Source: Octopus bimaculoides (lineage: Eukaryota). Taken from it: DNA of 64,000 nucleotides. Position 1 is the first letter of the stretch. Every line of letters starts with the position of its first letter. Below, piece after piece: positions 1 through 12,389 of the stretch. The notes under the pieces are model-generated. The model saw nothing but the letters and a program-made list of their open reading frames with translations, did no database searches and was not told the origin of the DNA. A program made the translations under genes and the position numbers. The stretch is from positions 70,752,031 to 70,816,030 of the forward strand of contig NC_068988.1 in assembly GCF_001194135.2 (NCBI RefSeq), given 5' to 3'.

Positions 1-137
1 ACGAACTGTTAATAACTTTGAATTCCGTAAATATTTGTGTGCATGTTAGATACTTGCCTTCTTTTATACAGTTTACTATCTCTTCCTTCCATTTCACATA
101 TCCATGTACATAATGATAATATTTTTCCACGCAGCTA

Positions 138-284
138 CAAGCGTGGCTGTTTGCTTCCGAACCACATGATTAAAGTTTGAGTCCCACTGCGTGGCACACT
201 CTGCAAGTGTTTTCTACTGTTGCCTCAGTCCAACGACATCTTTGTGAGTGGATTTGTTAGATCAAAACTGAAAGGAGTCCATCT

Positions 285-322
<38 letters not shown>
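138..322 (+). mobile_element. tRNA-derived SINE, family A (decayed), with (TA)n tail
   Basis: GCGTGGCTGT...AACCACATG...GTCCCACTGCGTGGCAC...TTGTGAGTGGATTTG...AACTGAAAG then (TA)n; homologous to 16330-16500, 25060-25142 and 44694-44876. Confidence 0.75.
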
Positions 323-324
<2 letters not shown>

Positions 325-325
<1 letters not shown>

Positions 326-1154
326 TAGATGACGTACCCGGTAATACCCGGGAAAGCGGAGCTTAGCCATTGGTTCCCTCTGATAAGTGTTTTGCTAATT
401 CAATAATAACAATACAAAGTATGTAGCCCTTAAAACGGTTTTTGTTCATTTATAGAGAATACCGAACAGTCTTACACCAGATCTTGTTTTTAGAAATTCC
501 CAATAAGTTATGAATATCCAAATTGTGAAATCAGTTATGTAAAACATGAAATGAGTACCCGATAGTAAGAATTCAAATAAAGTAGCCCCGAAAAGGGCTT
601 TAATGTGTTCCCAGAGTATATAGAACATAGGAGGCATTATTAATAAGGTGTGTATACTAAAATCGTGAAGCATGTTACGTAATAACAGGCTAATCATATA
701 TGAGATAATAACATTTCAAGGTAAATAACTTTGAAAAGGGCTTTTGTGCGTTCCTAGAGAATATTCCTCTCAGGGGTGCTAGTGTTGGTATATTCGTGAA
801 TAAGTCACTAACCGAAATAAGTGGATCAATTGATTAGGAAAATACTATTTACTTGTTTAAATGGATAAATTGCGAAGATAACTCTCACAGTTCAAATACT
901 AACAAATAGGCATATCCAATTTCATTTTTACCAAATAATTTAGGAAAATGAATGGGTTATTTCCCTTAGTTTTTAAAATAAAATATATTAGATATATATA
1001 TGTATCCCTTCTATTATCGATTTTTTTCAACAATCTGAGTATGCTATGGTTCTACTTACGTGTCAAGTTTCATCAAAATCGATAAAACAATGTAGGAGGA
1101 GTTAAATAACAACTCCACAAATACACCCACAGAATTTCCCACATATGTAGTAGA
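325..1154 (-). mobile_element. Non-autonomous Helitron (~830 bp)
   Basis: Minus strand starts TCTACTAC at 1154 and ends CTAG at 325; GC hairpin CCCGG-N6-CCGGG at 337-352 lies 8 nt before the CTAG; inserted between A and T, no TSD. Confidence 0.8.
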
Positions 1155-1669
1155 TTGAATCTTCTATGTGTTAACGTAAACCTCCTTGCGGCAATCTAAA
1201 CTTTCAGTTAATCAATTTACCGTTGGCCTGGGGAGTAGCCTGCGATACAAACCTCCCTCGGATATTTACCACTTCTGAAGTTCTGCTTGCTATGAAGCAA
1301 ATGTTACCTGGACCTTATCTACTCCATTCCGTAACTATTGCATTCTTATTCATACACCCGGCAACCCTGACTACCTACTGTGAAATATGAAAAAGAACCT
1401 TTTACAGGTGATCGTACTTCGATACGAAAAAAAAAAAAGAAAAAAAGAAACAAATCCACAATCTTCCGTCTCAATAAACCAATAGAGTCCCTGAATGTTT
1501 TTATATTTACTACAATTCGCTTGAAGCTAACTTTCTTCCTACACCTCGGTGTATATATATATATATGTGNNNNNNNNNNNNNNNNNNNNNNNNNNNNNNN
1601 NNNNNNNNNNNNNNNNNNNNNNNNNNNNNNNNNNNNNNNNNNNNNNNNNNNNNNNNNNNNNNNNNNNNN

Positions 1670-2210
1670 TATACAAATAAACAGAATTCTCACCTCACCA
1701 AAAACGAACACCTTATGTATCTGATAGAGTAAAGGGGAATGAAGTTTATCTGTATATATCTTCATCATAGAAGCGGGAATACTTCCGGGTTGCTTTTGGA
1801 TACACGTGGGGAGAGGAATAAAAATTCAGCATTGAATATATTCCCAAGAATATAATTATTCGTTTAACGAATAATTATGTAAATATAAACGAATAATTAT
1901 ATAAATATAAACGAATAATTATATTCTTCGGAATAGAAATTTCCCTTATGAATTTTTTTACACACTGGCTTCTTGATAAAATACTTGTAAAAGTGTTTTA
2001 TCCCCTTTTGAATTTATTAATCAATTATATTCTTGGGAATATATTCAATGCTGAATTTTTATTCCTGTCCCCACGTGTACCCAAAGGCAACCCGGAAGTA
2101 TTCCCGCTTCTATGATGAAGATATATACAGATAAACTTCATTCCCATTTACTCTATCGGGTACATAAGGTGTTCGTTTTTGGTGAGGTGAGAATTCTGTT
2201 TATTTGTATA
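1670..2210. repeat. 188-bp inverted repeat (1670-1857 / 2023-2210)
   Basis: Arms align with 6 mismatches by hand; the left arm abuts an N gap. Confidence 0.9.
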
Positions 2211-2533
2211 TATTTTTGGAACAATACTATGCTGACGAGCGAAATCTAGATTCATTCTAGTAATCGCGAAATCGGACGATACATAGTTAAGTTTTTTTAA
2301 AAGAAAGTTGGTCGTCTTCTGTTTGGTTGTTTTTCCTCGCATTCGGTACGAAATGTGGTTATTTTGAGAAGTCCAGCGTGTGGCATAATAATTTTTTCTG
2401 TAGTAATGCCGATTATATAAATATAAACGAATAATTATATTCTTGGGAATAGAAATTTCCCTTATGAATTTTTTTACACACTGGCTTCTTGATAAAATTA
2501 TTGTAAAAGAGTTTTATCCCTTTTTGAATTTAT
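1896..2533 (+). repeat. 122-bp direct repeat (1896-2017 / 2412-2533) defining a 516-nt unit
   Basis: Copies align with 5 mismatches, offset 516 nt, and bracket the ribozyme at 2226-2287. Confidence 0.9.
2226..2287 (+). ncRNA. Type I hammerhead ribozyme (canonical core)
   Basis: Stem I ACUAUG/CAUAGU; core CUGACGA 2232-2238; stem II GCGA/UCGC plus CUAGA/UCUAG; GAAA 2268-2271; stem III AUCG-GA-CGAU; cleavage triplet AUA ending at 2281. Confidence 0.85.

Positions 2534-2613
<80 letters not shown>
2534..2613 (+). repeat. (GATA)n microsatellite
   Basis: About 20 tandem GATA units. Confidence 0.97.
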
Positions 2614-2619
2614 CATAAA

Positions 2620-4345
2620 CAAAGGGCGCAAACACCTAGCGCTCAAAGTACAGCTGATTGAGAGGAATTGTTAGCTAAGAGGAATTGACTTATAACAATC
2701 AAGGGTCATATGCCAAACTTCGCTTCCGACCTCATGTGATGCCTGATTAAACCACTTAAATCGGATATCGGTCTGGTGAGCAAGCATATTTTCAGGGAGA
2801 AAAGCGACGACATAGGAAGGCTTCCCGTTTCTCCTTATTGCCTAAATACAATGAAGTAACTTCATGGTTTAAGGCAAACCAGGGTAGAGGCAGAGGAAGG
2901 TTCACCCAATTCGATATTGTTGACTTTTATCCATCGATATCGAAAGAGTCACTAGAAAGAGCGCTTACTTTCGCTATGCCCGTATCACCATTTATACCCC
3001 TATCACCGAAGTTAGTCAACACTCGCGTTAGTGATGAAGGTATAGAGGATATCATGCACGCCAGCAAAACGCTACTGCTCATCAAATGTTCGAAGTGGAT
3101 CAAACTAAATCTTCAATATATCGAATACTCCCATCTCCTTCAATTTGGAGATGGGAGTATTTGACAGCGCGGATATTTGCAGTCTAGTTTATATATACTA
3201 GACACCTTAAGATGTTCCCGTAAGTTCACTTTGGTCTGTATAAAACTGGCGATTTAGCCATCTCTCGAGGTGCAAACGTGTACATCCAGACATTCCCACG
3301 GAGGATCTGAGTCATACCTTTGGCTCGTTTAGTCATAAAGTTACCATTAGGATCAGCATAACTGTAGTTATTTTTTTAGATGTTACTCTTGATTTCGACA
3401 CCTTTTAATACGGGCTCAACTGCAAAGTAAATGCAAAGCTGACATCTATAAAAACAGCCTCATGTCACCCCAATTAATTTATCCAAGACCCATGAGAAAG
3501 GTGTCAGTTTCAGGATTTCGAACCAATCCTCGAATGAAGACATTTTTGAAACAGCGGCTCCCTATTATTACGAGGTTCTGGAAGCCAGCAGTTATAAGGA
3601 CCGCATCATCTATTTGTCGGGACATGACAAGCAAAATAAAAGTGCCACTGTAAGGTGTTTTCATTTGCCCCGCCCCTCTCAATCAATGTCAAAACCTGCA
3701 TGGGAAAGGTCTTCCTTAGATTAGTAAATAAACGTTTCATGGTTCCGTAGGTGAAGGAGATTATTCAATAGACACAACTAAAGGATCTCGTTCAGCTGCA
3801 CACATAGTGTAAAAAGATATAAGGGAACGCCCCAAAACCCTTTACAGAAGCAAAGTACACATATAGGGTTAAGAGTAATTGCCCACTCAATGGTCAATGC
3901 AACACCGAAGCCTTAGCTTATGAAGCTGAGGAGGTGCCTAAAAATAGCAGAAACAACAGAAACGAAAGGACACACATATGGAAATATGGTGTGCCATCTT
4001 GGATTCAGAAAGCGAGATTTTTAGCCGATGTCCTCTGGACAGAAAATTCGTTTTGGAAAACGTGGTTTTGCCATCTGTGGACTAGAAAACAGAAAACTCG
4101 TAGAGTGAATGACCCATTTCAGCCATTGCTGGATCATTTAAGGGGAACCAATTCCTCATTGCATCTCAGAAAGGGACATTTTCAGCTACACTTTCCCGCC
4201 GCCAATTTCACCAAAACTATATATATTCACCTCCATGAGTAAAAAGGCTATGTGCTTCCTTCCGGCCAGCAGGTCTCTTGAGTTGTCTATCTTGCCAAGT
4301 GCAATAGTAAAACCAATGGCAAATCTCTTACCGGTTTTATGTCGT
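2620..4345 (+). mobile_element. Penelope-like retroelement remnant (RT + GIY-YIG), frameshifted
   Basis: Motifs ITIKGHMPNF, KSDIGLVSKHI, EVTSWFK, QFDIVDFYPSISKESL, FLDVTLD, then CPLNGQCNTEALAYEA typical of the PLE linker/GIY-YIG region; many stops and shifts. Confidence 0.8.
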
Positions 4346-4554
4346 AACCAGACAGACAGACAGAATGATAGATAAGTAGATAGATAGGTAGGTAGATAGT
4401 TAGATAGATTGATAGATAGATGACGGAGGGAGGGGCACATACATATGTTTGTATATGTCGCCCTCCATTTTTGGTTCACAGTCATTTTTTTATATCTGCA
4501 CATACATTCTGAAGCCCATACATGAGACAGCATCCATACACACACGCATACACA

Positions 4555-4783
4555 TACGAACACGCGCACATACACGTTTGTTGTACTTGGGGATGGTCAT
4601 ATTGCCAGTTTAGCCAATAAAAACACACGCACTGTATATTTGGTGTTAATTTGCTTCAGCTTTATATTACATTAATCTTAATCTTATTTCGGCCAGAGTT
4701 CTTTCGTCACACTTCTGTGACCTCATCAGTGAACCTTTGTTTCCTTCTTTCTTATGTGTGTCTCACCTTGCTAACTATCAGCC

Positions 4784-4785
<2 letters not shown>
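4555..4785 (-). mobile_element. Short hammerhead-containing repeat (retrozyme-like), copy 1
   Basis: 4618-4785 is the near-identical reverse complement of 43215-43383. Confidence 0.8.
4691..4735 (-). ncRNA. Type I hammerhead ribozyme, minimal stem III
   Basis: Minus: GGUUCA-CUGAUGA-G-GUCAC-AGAAGU-GUGAC-GAAA-G-AA-CUC-UGGCC; bulged stem I; CUC cleavage triplet. Confidence 0.75.
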
Positions 4786-4815
<30 letters not shown>

Positions 4816-4994
4816 GCACCAGAGTAAGCACATAAATGCGAAACAAGGTGAAAAAATAGTACTCTAATACCAGAGGTAGAGTAATAGAGTAATATGCTTT
4901 ATTAACTGTTACTCAGTTCGCTCAGGCGAACGGGAACGTAAAATTCTCAGTAACAGTTTCTGTGATATGTTTGCTACTTTTTAATAAAGTATAT
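4816..4994. mobile_element. Short element with nested inverted duplications and a degenerate hammerhead-like motif
   Basis: Inverted pairs 4892-4905/4981-4994, 4904-4913/4949-4958, 4916-4921/4926-4931; CAGGCGA-ACG-GGAA-CGU-AAAA...GUA-ACAGU resembles a decayed core. Confidence 0.4.
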
Positions 4995-5600
4995 ATGTAT
5001 GTATGTAAATATGTATGTTTGTATGCATGTATGTATGTATGTATGTATGTATGTATGGATGGATGGATGGATGGATGGATGGATGGATGGATGAATGTAT
5101 ATATGTATGTATGTATGTTTGTATGTATGTATGTATGCATGCATGTATGTATGTATGTATGTATGTTTCTAAGTATGTGTTTGTGTATGTATGTATGCAT
5201 GTATGTATGTATGTATGTATGTATGTATTTATGTTTGCATGTATGTGTGTATGTATGTATGTGTGTATAAGACATTTTAAGCGCCAGCGCAAATGAAGCT
5301 ATAAATAAAAAATGCTCATAAAATATCACGTAAGTATACAGTTCATATATTTGACTAATATTCTATGCACTTTTGTTTCTTTATGACTTTCTTTATACTG
5401 GCTATTTAGAAAGATCATTCAAAATTTTTTATCGCTAAATAAACGTAAGTGTATGTATGCGTGTGTATATGTATGTATGTATATATGTATGTATGTATAT
5501 ATGTATGTGTGTGTGTATATATGTATATATATATGTATGTATATGTGTGTGTATGTATGTATATAGATGCATGCATACACACATACATCCTTATATCCAT
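4995..5600 (+). repeat. Compound (TATG)n/(GATG)n/(TA)n microsatellites
   Basis: Direct inspection; source of the MYVC/HTYI ORFs. Confidence 0.95.
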
Positions 5601-6399
5601 GCATTCATACTTACGTACATAGTGCCGTAAACAACAGTCGTGCAGGCGTAGAAGACCATTCGAAATGGGTTGTTGAGCGTTTTTGTCTACAGTTATTCCG
5701 ATTTCAAGTTAAATCCATACCTGGTTTATTTCTTCATTTATAAAGAACATGAAAAATATTATTTGCCAATATATCATTATTCAGGCCGGATTACAAACTA
5801 TAACTAGCACTACGAGGTAACTCATTAATAGGATCATTGATGATACTGATAAGAACAATGCCAACCCTGATAACAACGCAAGTAGTACTATGGCATCTGT
5901 AAGTTATGCATAGTGACATAAGTTTTCTTCTCATTTCACGTGGTTTTCACATTTGAAACAAGATTTATGTCGGTACTATGACAAAGACCGTGATGACTCT
6001 TCTATAGCTTATATAATGCGGTTAAAATAATACAGTGGCGGAACTCGGCAGAATGCATCTTTGTAAAATTAAATGGCTATTACAAACAGAATTTGCTACT
6101 CCAACTCTTGAAATAATAATCGATCTTCTCTAAATACTGACAACTGGCTAAAATCTCTAAACAAACCGCTACCATCATTACTAGACTCTCATGTTTCTCC
6201 GTATGCAACTGATTTGATAGAGATGGCTAAAATACATTCAATTTCGGAGAATTTGGAAACAACTGTTTATCATGTTAATGTAATTTTGTCCTATGAGAAG
6301 TCTGCAGTATAAATGGTATAGAATATTGTACCCATACATTAGTACAGAATACTCTACCTATATTATATCGACAATAAAACATATACAATTGACCCTAAA

Positions 6400-7300
6400 G
6401 ATGTCCCTGTAGCTATAGGCAAAAATTATGATGGGAATGCTTCTACGAGTCAGGTAAAAGAGGTTGACTTTCGACTGAAATGTATATAATCAGGACTATT
6501 GAAAGACAGATTGGTGTACTATATTGGCTTGATGAAGCTCGGACGATCCATGTCACCATGAATAAAACTACCGAGTTGGCAACAAAACTATAAGTCTTGA
6601 CAAGGTCTTACAAAAAATTCCACAAGGGTCCTTGTGAGTCCAACAACATAGAGTCTGATGAGCTGACAGAGAAATAGAAAGGGGTTTGAGAATGTGTTGA
6701 ACAACTTTTGATAAGCAAAACTGTGCTGTCTGAGGTAAGAAAACTCCGCAGAAAACTTGTGGCAGTATGGCTGGCTCATAGAAAAGCATTTGATTCTATT
6801 TCTCGTTCATGGTTGCTGCAGTCTATGTGCCGTGTAAACGTACCTACCCCCGTAGTGAAAGGGAATATTCGAAAGAGAGCTTTTATGCAAGTTTGTTTAT
6901 TTTGACATTAAATCCTCATCATTTCTGCTATAAAAATCCAATCGCTATATGCTAGATTATGCGATTTCTAGAGTTATCAATGTAACCAATAATTTCTTTG
7001 TAGAAGCTGTATGCTAAAACTGATTACAATGCTGAAAAGAACTAGACTTAACTTTTTCTGCTGATATAGGAAGTGAATTTGGCTAAAAGAAATTATCGCA
7101 TTTGTTGATCTAAACAGGGGAAATCAGCCTCCCAAATTCCTAACCGCTCCACCAAAGGTCTCTATATCTTTCCTGTTCCACACAAATATTGTTACATTCA
7201 TTTAGGCATTGATGAGGACATATAATACGAAGATGCTGTGAAGAAAGATAGCGTGAGCCTAGAAGAATATTACACCAGAATTTGTTTAAATGGCAGTCAA
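6400..7300 (+). mobile_element. R4/Dong-like non-LTR retrotransposon RT remnant
   Basis: WLDEARTIHV, LISKTVLSEV...VWLAHRKAFDSISRSWLLQ (RT domain 3), later DIGSEFG and HLGIDE; decayed. Confidence 0.7.
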
Positions 7301-8630
7301 CATTCACCTCTTACAAGACATTATACCACTGTACCGCTATACCAGATCACACGTGAAAGTGTGATATGATGTAATGGTTACGCGTCCAAGATAGATCACG
7401 TTCAGGGTATGTCGTAAAATTTTAGCTTTTAAAACATATTGGAAGCAGGGAGCCTATAGGCCAAATAAGCCTAAAGGCTTGCAATAGATATATGGGTTTC
7501 ACTATGACGTCGAAAATTCTCAAATCAGTGCATTCAAATAAAGTACACTGTAATGTTTCTTCTGTTTATGCTACTTCCTTATCACCCAAGCCATCACAAA
7601 TTCGGCAAACTAAGAGTTAGCTTGTTGGAAACTTTTAACCCAGGAAGTTGTTGTTCATAAACAAGAATAAAAAAGTAATATTTTCATAAAACTCTTAAGT
7701 TTCTCAACCATTAAAATCTTTTTCTTTCATTTCCGCTTCGTTGCGTTTTTTTTATATCGCTATGTTTGTCTCTTTCAGTTATATTCTCTTTAAGCATTAT
7801 ATATTATAGTACATATTATATATTATGTATTCATATTNNNNNNNNNNNNNNNNNNNNNNNNNNNNNNNNNNNNNNNNNNNNNNNNNNNNNNNNNNNNNNN
7901 NNNNNNNNNNNNNNNNNNNNNNNNNNNNNNNNNNNNNNNNNNNNNNNNNNNNNNNNNNNNNNNNNNNNNNNNNNNNNNNNNNNNNNNNNNNNNNNNNNNN
8001 NNNNNNNNNNNNNNNNNNNNNNNNNNNNNNNNNNNNNNNNNNNNNNNNNNNNNNNNNNNNNNNNNNNNNNNNNNNNNNNNNNNNNNNNNNNNNNNNNNNN
8101 NNNNNNNNNNNNNNNNNNNNNNNNNNNNNNNNNNNNNNNNNNNNNNNNNNNNNNNNNNNNNNNNNNNNNNNNNNNNNNNNNNNNNNNNNNNNNNNNNNNN
8201 NNNNNNNNNNNNNNNNNNNNNNNNNNNNNNNNNNNNNNNNNNNNNNNNNNNNNNNNNNNNNNNNNNNNNNNNNNNNNNNNNNNNNNNNNNNNNNNNNNNN
8301 NNNNNNNNNNNNNNNNNNNNNNNNNNNNNNNNNNNNNNNNNNNNNNNNNNNNNNNNNNNNNNNNNNNNNNNNNNNNNNNNNNNNNNNNNNNNNNNNNNNN
8401 NNNNNNNNNNNNNNNNNNNNNNNNNNNNNNNNNNNNNNNNNNNNNNNNNNNNNNNNNNNNNNNNNNNNNNNNNNNNNNNNNNNNNNNNNNNNNNNNNNNN
8501 NNNNNNNNNNNNNNNNNNNNNNNNNNNNNNNNNNNNNNNNNNNNNNNNNNNNNNNNNNNNNNNNNNNNNNNNNNNNNNNNNNNNNNNNNNNNNNNNNNNN
8601 NNNNNNNNNNNNNNNNNNNNNNNNNNNNNN

Positions 8631-8727
8631 TATACATAATATATATATTATATACATATATATAAATAATGTACATATTATATATATACATATGTATATC
8701 TATAAGTATTTATACATATATATATTT

Positions 8728-8765
<38 letters not shown>

Positions 8766-9051
8766 TATATATATACATATATATATATCTATATGCATAT
8801 ATATATATACATAATGTATATATCATATATATACACATATATATGTATCTATATGTATATATATATATGCATAATATATATATATATGTATGAATGTATG
8901 TATATATATATATACATAATATATATATGTATGTATGTATATGTATATATTTATTTTTCTTTTACTCAATACAACTTTCTCTCTCTCTCTTTCTCTCTCT
9001 CTCTTTCTTTCTCTCCCTCTCTCTTTCTCTCTCCCTCTCTCTCTCTCTCTC
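8631..9051 (+). repeat. (TA)n-rich and (CT)n microsatellites beside a gap
   Basis: Direct inspection. Confidence 0.95.
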
Positions 9052-12000
9052 CATAAAAAAATTCCATCAGTATTGTGCAATATACCCATATGTCTTTTTT
9101 GTGCGATTGACTTCTTATTACAGTGTTTTTAATGTTATTATTCGGTTTGAATTAACTTTATTTAAGAGAAATATTTCTTAGTTATAAGATTAATGTTTGT
9201 CGTCTATTCGTCATATATTGGGTGAAATCAACCGCCCAATATTACTTGTACAGATTAAAAGAAAATTTGTAATGAATTGTAAACTTAAAATTTTCATGCG
9301 GTAAATGTTATGTGTGGGAATTAGGAGAAATTTATTCTGCTGTTGTTTGTGTTAAACGTCTGACGAATAAGTGGTACTTTGAAACCAGCAGCTAATAGAG
9401 TATATTTCTAGTAACAGCAGCTAGTAGAGTAACTTACTTATATACTTAGCTGTTTCTTGCGTTTAGAAAATGACAATCACTTATGATTTCTTTGTATTGT
9501 CTGCACATTATTTCATGGTTAATATGTTATGTGACTACGTTGAATGATATCGATTTCGGAGTACAGAAAATGTTTACTCTTTTGTCCATATGCAAACTTA
9601 ACTATTTACTGCTAGCTGCTATAATTCAGATTATATGTTCGAAGACGTTCAAGTAATAGTTTTTTAAGAAGAATGAGTGATATGAAAACGTTTTTGAAAG
9701 TGGGTAATGTAGAGACTTGTGACCGCGAGCTAGAAGCCTACAGTTCACAGACATACAATCCATCAGAGTGAAGTTAGACGTTTTTCTTCTACCTTTGATT
9801 TCGTAGAATATACTTTCTCTGAAAGGATTTCTGCAATAGAATATGCTAACGTTTATTGAAAAATATTTTCCTTCAATAAAACATAGGTCTTCCAATGAAT
9901 AAGTTTTTTTTTATATGAAAAATTTGAAATCCTATGAGGGATCGTTTCAAGTAAATTAATATCGATGTCGTAGAAAATGTTCTTTTTTTTTAATCTCTAA
10001 ACTCTGTTTCTTGTAACTCTCATTGATTAATCAGTTAAAGTATATTATTGGATTAATTCCCTCACAACCACATTTAAGATCAATTTTAGTGATATTAATA
10101 ATTTGGAAACCAGTTTAATTTCCTTTTGGTGTTATATTGACGTCATAATAATTAATTACTGAAGAAATCAGATTCCCTGAAGCTGCTACAACTTTAGCCT
10201 CATAATATAAACCATCGCAGTTGCTTAATGAATTCCTATTATAAGGCATAAATAAAAACAGCAACTGATGATATTACTACTGATAGTAATTTTCGAACTG
10301 TTACTACTACAAAAATGCTTCATTATTTTCATTAATATTGACGCGTCAATAACTGAGTCTTTTGATGCTTTTTATTGTTACATTTGAATCATCATAGGCA
10401 GCCTATCAACCCTAAATTTCATTTTTTTTAATGACTCATTATTATTCTATTCCAATTCCTTTCTTCGTATATTTGATATTGTTGTAGTGGAAGTGGTACA
10501 TCACTGCCACGGGAGAAGTAGTATGAGAGAATCACTATAAAGTGAAGCGATATCAACAAGCATAGGGAGGCGTGTGTCAGTCGTTGTGCTATTTCTCAGT
10601 TGGAGTTAAGTGTCAGTTATGTGTTATAGTCGAGTTCGAATCACAGTGAAGATAAACGGTTCAAATTCGGTGTCTTGTAGAGCTATCAACGATGGCACGA
10701 TAGACAAAGTGATGTATCACCATTCCAGTATAGAAGTGATACGCTATATCCGATTACAAGAAAACATCGTGGTTACAACAGCTACAGTCACAACAGCGGC
10801 CAGACATTATAACTGTGGAAAACACATCATAACATATATTCCATACGATTCTCAACTTCTTGGAACTACGTGATAGCATCTGTTACTCCGACGAGACTAG
10901 GACTCCACAAATGAACATTTTTCTTCAGTCTGCTGACTATAGAGATGCACACGATAAGACAGCCTAGCAGCTGTGAAAGATTGCCTGCTAGTCGTTTCCA
11001 GGGACTGTTTTTTCGTTGGATGCATTTTTCTTCGGTAGTCGCTTTTCTCGTCTTCTTAAACGGCTATATAGTACCAGCCTCTAGTTGGAGGGATCATCAG
11101 CAATGTTGTCCCATCTTTCAAATGTTGGTGGATTTAGGTGGAGAGTGTACGCATCCCCCTCATCTTCCTCCTCCTCCACCTCATCATCATCATCAAGAGG
11201 TCTTATAGAGGGAATAAATTCAGGTTATTTAATATCATGTAATCAAGTTGTAGGTCAAAGTTGCACATATAATTTCGTCTCTCTGACATTTAAGATTCAA
11301 TCAATTTTAATAATCACGAAATTGTCAGAATATCAAATCTTTATTTCTTCAGATATGTTATGTTTACCAATGTTTATAAGAATTAATTAAAATTATTGAG
11401 AACTTGCAGCTGTCATTTTAACAGATATGTTACAAAATATTTCACAGTCGGTCTGTGGAACACTATATTCTTCACCACCACAAATTTGCTAACATTTTCA
11501 GGGTTTGATAGTTTGCCAATATATTTAATATTTGGCGACGTGAATGAATGTTCGCACATTGTTTCACAACATGTATGAAATAGTATGTGGAAGATTTCAC
11601 ATGCTTCGACTATTGAAATTGCGGCCATTACTTTCGCTATATCATCATTGGAAACCACATTAGCAAGGATGATTATAACGTTCGTAAAATTAAAGTTTTG
11701 GATTTCTATTCTTAATGAAAATGGTTGTTCTTAATTGATAGCAATCTATGAAACGTTTCGAAATTTTTGAAACCACAACCAACAAATACTGACTTCAAGT
11801 TACTTGTATATTATTACAATATACATTCTATAAACGACAACGTTTTTGTTTTAGAAGGAACGCCAACGAGAAGAAATATGAACTACAGTATTTAATTTCA
11901 TTCCTCTATATGTTAACGTCAGATTCTACAATAGTTAATTTTGCATTTCACCACATCCATTGGCAATAATAACTGGTCATAACCTGGGCTGATCATTATG

Positions 12001-12389
12001 AATAGCTTTGTGATAATTTAAGATACTAATAAATATAATGTGCATAATTTAGTATTGTGCGTGTGTGTGAGTGTTTGAGACAGAGATGGGAAAGGAGAGA
12101 GAGAGACTGAGCTTTAGACTGTGCGTTGATGTGGAGATAAACACAGCAGATGATAAAAAAGGTGAAAAACAAGAAATTCTGGAAATCTCTATTGCAGTTT
12201 TCGGGTGTCAGATTCTTAAGAACCGATCCCAGCTACTTCGTCCTCGTCGACGGCTATAGTTTTCGAGATTTCATCGCTATTACCCACCACTATTCCTCTA
12301 TATATTGCTGTATATTGCTATATATTGCTGACGTAGAGGGCGGTAAAGACCTTACTATATACCAGTGTATCGCTACCAAATGTAGGTCG

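Noticed and set aside
1670-2210. Inverted repeat as a pure gap-edge assembly artefact
   Set aside because: Arms differ at 6 positions, unlike a duplicated read, though long-read confirmation is still needed.
2232-2256. Alternative short fold CUGACGA-GC-GAAA-UCUAG-AUU
   Set aside because: Needs a zero-length stem II loop; the longer fold using GAAA at 2268 satisfies all helices.
4922-5604. MYVC/HTYI-rich ORFs (and CVCV, THTH, IIII, YYYY ORFs elsewhere)
   Set aside because: Translations of microsatellites.
6650-6690. Isolated CTGATGA/CTGACGA matches (also near 9360, 14205, 25775, 38247, 48703, 60287)
   Set aside because: No compatible stem II plus GAAA plus stem I; several lie in LINE coding remnants.
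7766-8814. Long ORFs spanning N runs (also 43368-44264, 54656-55636 and other gaps)
   Set aside because: Open only because N codons translate as X.
10480-11220. Possible solo LTR or promoter-like unique segment
   Set aside because: No second copy, clear TG...CA termini, TSD or PBS could be identified.
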